Part shown: positions 23,867-33,500 of the stretch, in pieces
How the letters are laid out: each line of letters begins with the position of its first letter
Numbering within the stretch: the stretch's first letter is position 1
Assembly: GCA_026936335.1 (NCBI GenBank)
Contig: JAPMXV010000058.1
Span: 299,226 to 363,225 of the forward strand
Origin: Mantamonas sphyraenae STR306
Taxonomy: Eukaryota; Protista; CRuMs
Direction of reading: 5' to 3'
Length of the DNA: 64,000 nucleotides
Translations under genes and position numbers: made by a program
Notes under the pieces: model-generated
What the model saw: the letters and a program-made list of their open reading frames with translations, nothing else
Told to the model about the DNA's origin: nothing
The model's database searches: none

Positions 23867-23913
23867 ATCGTGTTTGGTTGTCCGTGACAATGAACATGAT
23901 TGGAGATGAGGGC

Positions 23914-24060
23914 TATTGTATTGGCCACATGGCTGTGCACATGGCCTTCGGCTAGTCGATGCACCACATGGTGCGACAAGGTAGTATGGGTAAGCCTGTG
24001 GATTTGGATCTGTAGGCCGATCATTTGCCTCCTTCGTCGCTTGGTACCCTTTGTCGCTTG
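23914..24060 (-). ncRNA. Putative omegaRNA scaffold of Fanzor A (ends AATACAATA; guide from flanking DNA)
   Basis: 105-nt non-coding tract from stop to element end, with hairpins (GCACC-ACAT-GGTGC, GGCCA..TGGCC, GCCT..AGGC). Terminal 9-mer is shared with element B. The 5' limit is inferred. Confidence 0.45.
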
Positions 24061-27000
24061 GGAGCATGCTGTTGTGGTTGTGACCCACCCGAATCCTCTT
24101 CTTCCCCCACTTCCTCATCTCTTCTCTTCTTGCTTCTCTCGCCTGCCTTGTCTGCTGCCTTGCGTTGCACCTTGATTTTCTTTGTTGGCTTCTCCATCCA
24201 GACGCCCGTGACAAAGAAGAGCATCTGCCGCCAGAAGATGCAGTGTGCAGAGCCTCGATCTCTCTGAACTGCCTGGTGCAAGTTGTGCTCACCCTCGCCC
24301 TCCATCTCTTTGCATGCGTGCCGTTGTGCAAAGCGTTTGAGCTGCTTGGTGGCGTCAAACATGTTGGAGTCGATGTCCGACAGGCAGTGGCTGCTGCACG
24401 TCCGCCATCGCCCAAACTTCTCAGCGCCAAAGTCGTCCAAGTTGTCGACAGCGCTGCCACAGAAGCACTGCTGCGATGTATACCTCTCGTCTGCTGCAAT
24501 GACGACAAAGTGGTTGGCCAGCATCTCCCGCATCTCCTGCGATTTCCCGCGTCCGCCAAACGTCTTTGTCGGCTGCAGCACAATCACCTGCTCCAGGCCC
24601 AGATGCGCGCGGAACTTGTGGATCACGGAGATCATCTCACGCACGCCTGCCATCCTTCGTTTGCGAAACGTTGCGTACTGCGCACGCATGTGCTTCGCAT
24701 CCTTGTGCAAATCTTTTCCGAAGACACGTTGCTTGTACTCCTCCTTGAAGTCCGTGTACGACGCCAGCACTCGGTCCTGCCCTGCCTTGTGTGCCTGCAC
24801 ATCGTGGCTGTCCAGGGGCAAGGTGGCCACATACAGCTGGCCGTTCCGCACAAAGATCGCCTCGACCCAGTCTCGTCCACGACCAGGGTCAATGCTGATC
24901 CACAGCACCTTGCGTGCATGCTCAAGGACTGCGTATCCATTCTTGGCAAAGGCCTTGACCTGCTCGACCAAGCCACGCTTCGGAACGGGGTACTTCGGGA
25001 AACCGGGAGCAATCTTCCGGATCTCGGTCGTCCACGTGTCTGGCATGCCCGTTGGGTTCAGCACGGCAAGGGCAATCAGCGCGTTCTTCTTGGGGTCCAG
25101 CAGAAGGGGCAGGAGATGAGCCATCCTTGGCCTGATCAATGTTGCGAGGCTCGCCGGTGAAGGCAGGAGAGTGTGAACTCTTGGTGGCTGTAACACCAAG
25201 GCTCGCCTGTACTTCCCCTGAGCGGCGATTCCACCAGAGAGCATGCGCATGCTGCTGGCGCTGACGTTCTTCAGCAGGCACCTTGCGTTTTTCGTGCCAA
25301 CGCCGCGCGTGAGCATGAGTATTGACTTCACGGGAACTGTTCGCAGCGGCCGTTTCCCTGCCCAGTGCTTGTTGGGCAGATCCTCGTCACTGTTGTTTTC
25401 TGGCATGCGACGAGCATACCGACACCGATACACTGCCTGCTTGAGCCATTTAGGGAGACTCGGGATGGCCTCATCCGTCAAAACCCACTCGCGTTCTTTC
25501 AGTGCATTCCACCAACCCGGATTGGCGTCCGACTTGGCGTTCGGGTTTGCGTCTGGGGGGTCGTTTGGGTTGGCGTCCGGGTTGGCGTCCGGGTTGGCGT
25601 CCGGGTTGGCGTCCGGGTTGGCGTCCGGGTTGGCGTCCGGGTTGGCGTCCGGGTTGGCGTCCGGGTTGGCGTCTTGGGGGTCATCTGGGTTGGCATTCCC
25701 GTTCGGCTTTCCATGGGCTTTCCACCTTGCTTCCATGGTGTTCACAAAGATCTTAAACGCGTACGTCTTGACGGAGTACGCGCCGAAGACGAACTGGCCG
25801 CCAATGTCAACCGGACCGGGAAACATCGCGTCAACACAGTCCAATGATGCTGCTGTCGATGCAATGGCGCGCTTTGCTTGTGTGCTTTTGAGATTGGTCT
25901 TCAGGTCGGGCTTGAGCATCACATCCAACAGCACAGACAACGCGTCCCGTTTGCCACGCACGTGCTTGCCGAGTTGATCCGAGAGACTTGCGCACACCTC
26001 CTCGTACGGGTCCCATGGAGGTACACCTTGTGAGCGCTGCGCATCCACAGAGAGCTGCGCATCCACGGAGGACTCCTGCACATCCATGGATGACTCCACA
26101 TCCACAGAGGGCAGCACATCCACGGAGGACTCCTGCACATCCATGGATGACTCCACATCCACAGAGGGCAGCACATCCACGGAGGACTCCTGCACATCCA
26201 TGGATGACTCCACATCCACAGAGGGCAGCACATCCACGGAGGACTCCTGCACATCCATGGATGACTCCACATCCACAGAGGGCAGCACATCCATGGAGGA
26301 CTCCTGCACATCCATGGAGGGCCCCTGGACCTCCACTGAAGAGTGAGCAGCAGCCGCGGCAGCAGCCTTTGTGGCCTTGTGGATGGGCTGAGAGAACACA
26401 AAGTCACGTGTGTCCTTTGTCGACACCTGGTGGGTTTGGAACGCCTTCTTGGTCTTTGCATAGCTTGTACGCATGAGCGCGGCGACGCTGGCCACGATGG
26501 CGGACATGGGCAGCTCGCTGGGCGCCCCGTTCCTCATCAGCGCCACGATCATCGGGTAGGCACACAAGGAGATGGCCGACTGCAGGCTGCCATTGAAGGC
26601 ACGAGCGATGTCATTGGCCATGCTCGACACGGGCGCCTCCGAAAGATCCACCTTCAGACGCGTGACCATGAAGGAAAAGTCGAAACCATGTTGACCATCG
26701 CCCGCCTTCTGTATCCCGTTCCTGGTAAATCGTACAGACTTGAGCTCCTCTGGGGTGTCCACGTTCTCCTTGAGTACCTTGAGGTTGTGCGTCGCCACTG
26801 TGCGCAGGGCCGTGAACGCTTCGAGCAGGTAGAAGGGCTTCACGCGGCTGTGATCTTCCACCATCCCGTCGACCACCATCCCGTCAATCATCGTCTGATC
26901 CTCTGTTGGCAGCTCCGCCTCATCCAGCTCCGCCTCATCCAGCTCCCCCTCCTCCTGCTCGTCGCTGCCATCCACCGATTGCTGACGTCCATGGGGCGCA

Positions 27001-30000
27001 GTGAACCATGCAGTTGGGTCCTTTTTCACCTCTGGAATCACCTGGTCGACGAACCATGCTCGAAGCAAGGCTGTTTGCACGAGCATACAGTCCGCCAATG
27101 CTCCAAGCACGTCAGCCTCGCTCTTTCCAAGCCCACGCACGTTCGCCTCCAGCTTCAGATTCTTCTTGAGATCGCTTTGGTACTCAACAAAATCGTGCTC
27201 CCTGATCGCCGTGGCCGAAGGCAGCAGCGTGGCGAAATCAAAACCGTGCGGGATCCACACGGGTCGCCCCCGCTGGCTTCCCTTCACGTCATCCTTGTCA
27301 TAAAAAGCATCCTTGAGCGGCGTCAATGTCTCGCCCTCTGTTGTTGCCCCTGTCTGGAGCGCCACCTCGAATAGGTCCGCACGGGTCGCTGATGATGGGG
27401 TCGCAGGAGGGCGAAGCACTTGGCCATCCTTCCGCAGGAGCACTGCCAGTTGTTTCTCGTGCCGTGCTGTGATCACATGTGGAACAGATGTCCACCTTTT
27501 AACGGCCTCACGGGAACCGAGTGACTCCTCCTTGTTCTTTTTGAAGACAGATGCATCAAAGCCAGCAGGAATCTCCTCCACAAGCTGCTCGATTTCGGCT
27601 TCAGTTGCCGTCAGCAGGTAGGGCACCGCACAGTCCTCCTCGTCCGGCTCCGTGGCGTCCTCCTGGCCCACCATGGCCTTCGCAACATCCTTGTGAATGC
27701 CCTGTGCGAGATGGAATGGCATCTCCTGCACGTGCAGCGTCCCTTCCCGTGCACTGTGGCCACGCCCGAGCTTGTACTCCATATGCATACGGGTGTCATC
27801 GGTGTTCTTCAGCTCTGGCTTGTGGTTGTAGGTGATGTTGACCTCAGTCAAGCCCAATGCTTGTGCCAACTCCTCCACTGAGCGCGGTTTCGGCTTGGCC
27901 TGCGTACACAGTCTGCTGAACGACTCCATCACGGTCTGCGCGCGTTGATGATCGAGACCATGCACTCCTCCAAGCCGCTGGCAGACTGCTTGCGCCAGGG
28001 CGACGGCCGACATCGGACCATGGTCACGTTCGGTCTCCTCCAGACCCACCGTGAGCAGCTGCTGCCTCAGCGCTTTAGTCTCTTCTTCCTTCTTTTCGTC
28101 GTCACTCTTGATCGATGTTTTCCCTCGCGATTTGGTCTTTGTCGTCTTCCCCTTTTTGGGCTTCTTCTTGACTCCCTTGGCCCAGGTTATCAGTTTCCAT
28201 GACGTCGCTTGGGCGTGCACTTTCTTCGTGTCCACCACATGGGCGTTGAAGATGTTGACAACCCGCAGCCCCGGAGCTGACCCATGGAGTGCGAGGCCAG
28301 CCATGAGACGCCCCTCGCGGTGGCACAGAACGATATCGTCCTCGGCCTGGTTTGTGACGAACTCGTCCAGTGACATCGTTGCCACTTGATGGGCAGCAAG
28401 GTAGTCGCGCATCACTGGCGCCAGGGTGGTGACAGTGGCACGAGCGGCGAACGCTCGCTGCTTGGCGTTGGAGAAGGTGTCCTGGGACGCAGCTGCACTC
28501 AGTTGCTGGTAGAAGCGTTGCAGCTCGGCTGGCGTGGCTCGACCTGCAAACAGTGCGGCTGTGGACACGACGTCGTCCACAACCACAACCGTGCGAGTCG
28601 AGAACAGCTTGCTCAATCTGGGCAACACAGTGTCGAGGATCGTGGTGACCCATTGCCAGGCAGAGGTGAACGTGGCGGGATGCGTGATGGTATGGTCGGA
28701 GAGGTGCAAGTAGCGAGCGGCGAGGCTGCTGAGGCCAACGTACACTGCGGCAAGGCGGGTTCCCCCCGACCCAGCGACGCCACGCTGCACACCACCCTCC
28801 ACGCCCTCGTTGACAGCAGAGTCAGCCAAAGGTGGGGGTTGCCAGTTGTCGTTCAACACGTCCAGACACTTTGCGGTCACTGGCGTCTTGTCGCCGGCTG
28901 AAGTCGGAAGCTGTGTCAGCTGCCCTGCTGCCGATGTCTGCGTAGCGGGCACACGGTTGAAACGGAGCCCACGCACAGATGCGGTTGACCCAGCAACCTG
29001 CACCCGAGTCGAAGGGGGCCTTCCTTGAGGCGCTGGCGTTGTCCCTCGAGCCCGTGCAGCGTGCGCGTACAAACGCCTTCCAGCAGCTGAGGTGGAGCTC
29101 TCCTTGCTCTGCATCACAACTCGCGGGCCCCTGATGGCCATGGGCTTGCGGAACACGTTTGATTTGTTGTCGAGAGCCACGGTGCCCATGGCAGACGGCA
29201 ACCGCCACTCCTCTTCCGGTTGAGACTTGAGGAAGACCAGTTTGAAACCCACGGGCGCACGCTCAGGCGCGGGCCACTCCTCGTCAGTCAGCTGCTGCGC
29301 AAGGTCATTGTACACACGGAATTTCCCTTCCGCCAGTGGAAGCCATGCCGTGTAGTGGTCCCCTTTGAAACAGAGCACCCCGAAGGGCACTTGCTGCTCT
29401 TGCTCCTGCAGGCCCTCGCCCTCACGCTGCTGGAGAGCACCTCGCTCCGCAAGCATTGCAACCCCTGCGGCGTCCGCTGGCTGGGGGGTACCACCATGCA
29501 ACATCTGGATGGGGAATCCAGAGTCGAATGCGACCTCGAGGCTGTGATGAAGATCTGCCGAGTCACCCCACAGGTCGTCACCCCCTGCGAGCGCTGTAGC
29601 GGCAAGGAAGAGATCGTTGCAGGCCACGGCATACATGTCGTCGTCACAGAACATGGCCATGCACCAGGTCTGCCGCAGAAGGGCCGTGTTGACGACGCTG
29701 GGGTCTGTGTGTGCCGGCGCAAAGAAGAGGGGGCGGGTTAGCACTCTCCTGTCAGCGGGATTGAGTGCGGTTTGAGCTTACCTTGCTCCCCAGGCTCAGG
29801 CCCCAACTGGGTCGGGTCGTTCCCGCCTGTCGTTGCCTCCAGCCATCCGAGAAGGTACTTGCACATGGACGTTCGCAGAGGTGGAGAGGCGCGCACGGTG
29901 GTGGCATAGGACGACACCCAGCATGCCACCTTCGCGGTGTTGACACCGTTGACGTTGGCGTACCCTTGCATGTCACCTTCGGGCTCGCCCAGATTTGCAG

Positions 30001-30157
30001 GTAGTCTTGTTCGCGGTGTGTACAGGGAAATCGACTCGTTGTCGGCCACACAGGTCGGACACACCAGCGACACGTGAGATGGGGCTGACGTTACCCAGCA
30101 CACCATGAGCACTGTCTCGTTGTTGCAGCTATGGTGCTGACACTTCAGAATCGACAT
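24021..30157 (-). CDS. Giant Fanzor/TnpB-like RuvC nuclease A (~2,019 aa; exons 30157-29782 and 29704-24021)
   Basis: RuvC-I ISIDPG (D 24888-90), RuvC-II ADERYTSQQCFCG (E 24486-88), RWRTCSSHC zinc ribbon, RuvC-III QRDRGSAHCI (D 24258-60). A 77-nt intron (GTAAGC...CTAAC...CACAG) joins the upstream exon in frame. Confidence 0.85.
25567..25673 (-). repeat. 12-bp tandem repeat, about 9 copies, encoding (NPDA)n inside Fanzor A
   Basis: GGGTTGGCGTCC repeated on the + strand. Confidence 0.95.
26042..26320 (-). repeat. 57-bp tandem repeat, about 5 copies, encoding SMDVQESSVDVLPSVDVES inside Fanzor A
   Basis: Near-identical head-to-tail in-frame units with no spacers. Confidence 0.95.
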
Positions 30158-30222
30158 TCTACACTCTTGAAACTATTGACTCCACCCGCGCACTTGGGCC
30201 AGCCGCCGCTTTTCAGAGCAGG

Positions 30223-30990
30223 TCAGTTGTCAAACGCCAAGCCTCGCGCCTCGCTGTCAAATGCCGCAGAAAGCTTGTTGCCCTCTCCGACGCCCCCGAG
30301 CACTTGCACACAGTTCACAAGCCCCATCCTCCACAGCCCTACCCACGTCACTTGCTGCTCTGGAAGGGCCCCGCGCACGCCGTTGCCGACGAGAACATCG
30401 AAACGCACGTTGGCCGTTTGCCGGCACAGAGGGTTGAAATCCTGCAGTTCACACTCACTGAGGAGCACAGTGGCCCATGTAACGATGTTGAGAAACAGAG
30501 GGAACAGAGGCTGGACCTGGACGACCAGGAGGGCGAGGAAGGTGGGGTGCTGAGTTTGCAGGCGTTGCACGTCACAATAGAGTCTCGGCTGTTTTGTACC
30601 TGGCAAACTCAATCCAGCAGGAGATAGATCACCGAGGAGGGGTTGAAAGGTAGGAGGCATGGCCACAACGCCAAGAAAAATTGATGAGTGGCTAGAAGTT
30701 GCCGCGTCGTCGCGCTGCGTCGTCGCCTCTACATGCAAATGTGGGTGTGATGTGCTGTCCCCGTTTTCAATATGCTCCCTGTACGACGCCCGATTGCCCA
30801 CCAAACCGGCAGACGCAGCGCTGGGCACCGCACGGGCAAAGGGTGATGCTTCGTTGCCGTCGCGTGACCAGCAAGTGGCACACGTCCACAGGAACCAAAC
30901 AGAGTCAAGTGGAAAGGCTGTGCGACTACACCAAGACACTACAGCAGGAAGCGCCCCTTGCCGTGGGGCCTTGGCCGTCCTCGACGACAC
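30223..30990 (-). CDS. Possible small accessory ORF or further upstream exon of element A (hypothetical)
   Basis: 255-codon open frame on the element's coding strand; the 3' half has coding-like codon usage; no recognisable motif. Confidence 0.3.
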   Translation of the reverse strand: MSSRTAKAPRQGALPAVVSWCSRTAFPLDSVWFLWTCATCWSRDGNEASPFARAVPSAASAGLVGNRASYREHIENGDSTSHPHLHVEATTQRDDAATSSHSSIFLGVVAMPPTFQPLLGDLSPAGLSLPGTKQPRLYCDVQRLQTQHPTFLALLVVQVQPLFPLFLNIVTWATVLLSECELQDFNPLCRQTANVRFDVLVGNGVRGALPEQQVTWVGLWRMGLVNCVQVLGGVGEGNKLSAAFDSEARGLAFDN

Positions 30991-31472
30991 AAAGAACCGC
31001 CTTGTCAGGCTACGTGAAAATCAGGTTGTGAATCCACGGTATCGGGCTTCACAGGCTGTCTCATGGTGTTTGTAGATACATATTGGGACATGGGTCTGCT
31101 GAGGGGAGACGCATGTGCACAATAATTGTACTGGGTGTGAAGGGGTGCATCTCAACGGCGTCAACCTGCATGCTGCTCCTCCCACGGGTGTTGGAGCCAA
31201 AACCAGAGGACCATGTGGCATGATGACTGTATGCAGGCGTTCCATGGATTGTTTATGCACGGGGCGCATGGTATGTTCGCAAAGCCCGGTTGCAAGGCCG
31301 TCGCTCCTGACTCGGGTGACTGCTGCCAGGGGAGGTGGGCACTATCCACGCCTTGTAGGTGCCCCACTTAGCCCTCCCTGCTTCTCTTTGAGCCCCCCCG
31401 ACACAAAGATGGCATTGGGAGTACGGGTTTTTCAGCACCAGCGTGCGCCCTGAATGGCTACGCTCCACGATC

Positions 31473-32492
31473 CTACATGCGGTACCCGCAGTGATGGACC
31501 CAGTTCCTCACATCAGCAGCCGTAACATGCCCCAATGCAGTACAAATCGCCGCGAATGTGCAAATGTCCACTCGATGAAATTCCCTGCGGAGGACCGCCT
31601 TGAACTTGCTAAACATGAGCTCGATGGGGTTGAGCGTAGGTGTGTAAGGCGGGAGAAACTCGACATCCACCCCATACCAGGTGCACAGCTGGCGTACAGC
31701 ATCGCCTTTGTGGATGGAGCAGTTGTCCATAACCAGAACTGTTTGGCGGCAATCTCGCATGCGGGGCAAGAGGTCTTGCTCCAGGAACTCCATAAACAGC
31801 TGCCGGTTGTATGACCCCTCTCGCATTGTGTACGCTACCAGTGGCGAGCGCCCACCGGTGCTGATGGCCGCCAGCACGCTGATGCGCTTTTGCTTGGGAT
31901 GGTTCTCCACAACGACCGCTGGTTGCCCACGTTTCGCACGACCATATCTCCTGTAGCACACTCTGTTGTTCACTGCAGTTTCGTCCAAGAAGACCACGTT
32001 CGGCGCTCGGAACACACCGCGAATCCTCATTGCTCGAGTAAACTCGCGTGTGCGCGCCACGGTGGATTCCCTGAACCGTTGCTTGGCGATAGCACTCACC
32101 TTCTTGCGAGTCAGTCCCATGCGCGCACAAGAACGGCGAATTGTGGACAGAGATACCACCTTGTTGCGATGAAGAGCAACGGCTACTTGCAACTCGTCCA
32201 GGTACAGTCGCGGATCATCGGCCACCTGTTCAGCAATGAACTGGTCGTCATTGGCATCCAGGAGACGCCTGGACGGTGGTTGGGCCACAAGAGGGCGTAC
32301 ATGGCCCATGGCTCGGTGTTGACGTACAATCTTGGACACGACGGAAGGAGACACACCGAGAGCCTCCGCTGTGCCTCTGCACGAAGGACGCAAGCTGGAT
32401 TGGTAGTGAAAGAGAATGCATTCTCGTTTGTTCGCCGAAAAGGCTTTGCCGTGGATGTATGACCCACCCGTTGCATTCGTTTTGAAGGTCAT
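31473..32492 (-). CDS. IS630/Tc1-mariner DD34E transposase (339 aa)
   Basis: HTH (TAEALGVSPSVVSKI; LYLDEL..VSLSTIRR..GLTRKK); VFLDET, LVMDNCSIH and FLPPYTPTLNPIE, with 34 residues between D2 and E. Intact frame. Confidence 0.95.
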   Translation of the reverse strand: MTFKTNATGGSYIHGKAFSANKRECILFHYQSSLRPSCRGTAEALGVSPSVVSKIVRQHRAMGHVRPLVAQPPSRRLLDANDDQFIAEQVADDPRLYLDELQVAVALHRNKVVSLSTIRRSCARMGLTRKKVSAIAKQRFRESTVARTREFTRAMRIRGVFRAPNVVFLDETAVNNRVCYRRYGRAKRGQPAVVVENHPKQKRISVLAAISTGGRSPLVAYTMREGSYNRQLFMEFLEQDLLPRMRDCRQTVLVMDNCSIHKGDAVRQLCTWYGVDVEFLPPYTPTLNPIELMFSKFKAVLRREFHRVDICTFAAICTALGHVTAADVRNWVHHCGYRM

Positions 32493-32577
32493 TTTTGTTT
32501 TGCGTTGCTGACCACAGCGCGCTGAACGCCACAATACAGGATCATGGGAGGATGGGGGGGGGGGAGGGTGGATACGT

Positions 32578-32620
32578 GTGCGTGCATTGGTGTGCATTGG
32601 TGTGCATTGGTGTGCATTGT
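32578..32620. repeat. 10-bp minisatellite (GTGCATTGGT), about 4 copies
   Basis: Seen directly, just outside the element A end. Confidence 0.85.
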
Positions 32621-32637
32621 GTGGGCAACAATCTACC

Positions 32638-33397
32638 TTACAGGCCCCAGGCCTTGCGCATCAGAAGGTCGAAGTACATGTCGTTGTCAATGCTTGCGCT
32701 GACGCCCGAGTAGTAATTGACAAATTCGTCCCTTGTGATAATGCCATCCTTGTTGTCCTGGTCGTCAAAGGACTCTAGGAACTCGGCAAAGACCTGGTCC
32801 TCAGTCCATTCACCACTGAGATACCTTGGGTGCTTGCGAGCGTTGTACTTGGCACGGATGTCCTCGATGGTGATGGTGCCGTCGTTGTTGGCGTCAAATT
32901 TGTCAAAGGCGAGGTCGATGAGGTTGAGGCGGAACTCGTTCATGGGCGGCCGTAGCTCGTGCAAGAACTCATCAAAACTGACCACTCCGTCGCCGTTCTC
33001 GTCAAAAACTGCACAGACGAGTTCGAGGTGCTGGAGAGACGCGTGGAATTGCCCGGCGGGGCGTGTGGCGCAGGAAAGTGTCAGCGGCGGGCGAGAGCAG
33101 AAAGAAGCCGTTGGTCTGCGTTGAGCTAGGCTGTCGTGCGGCACACAGCCAAACGCAGCGGGATTGGTGCGTGCGTACCTCGTCTGAAAGATGGACGCCA
33201 TAGTCATCCAGACCTGTCTTGAGCTCGTCATAGCTCAGGGTCTTGTTGTTGTCGTCGTCCATGATGCGAAAGCTGCGGCCAAAGCTCTTGATGCCGCTTA
33301 CGCCACGCTTGAGGCACGCGTTGCGGATGTACTCGATCACCTCGCCTGCAGTGGTGGTTTGCGGGTCGAATTCGGCGACCGAGGATGAGGAGCTCAT
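32638..33397 (-). CDS. CAPS: Calcyphosin-like EF-hand protein (1 intron)
   Basis: RGVSGIKSFGRSFRIMDDD, FLHELRPPMNEFR, YNARKHPRYLSGE, YYSGVSASIDNDMYF. Confidence 0.92.
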
Positions 33398-33500
33398 CGC
33401 TGGCAGGGGATTTTCTTTGGGTGCCTTGGCGCCGAAAGACAGGACGCTGGCAAAACGCTGGACTGGGACTGGACATGGGAAGGGGGGAGGATTACCCTGC

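Larger units (their letters stand above)
23916..32534 (-). mobile_element. Element A: Tc1/mariner(IS630)-type DNA transposon carrying a giant Fanzor-like gene (~8.6 kb)
   Basis: TA at 23914-15 and 32535-36. Ends read inward as TA|TTGTATTGGCCACATGGCTGTG and TA|TTGTGGCGTTCAGCGCGCTGTG (15/24 identical, ungapped). Contains a transposase and a RuvC ORF; lacks the host G-skew. Confidence 0.75.

Noticed and set aside
26042-26320. 57-bp repeats next to a Cas12-like RuvC gene as a CRISPR array
   Set aside because: Units are head-to-tail without unique spacers and lie in frame inside the CDS.
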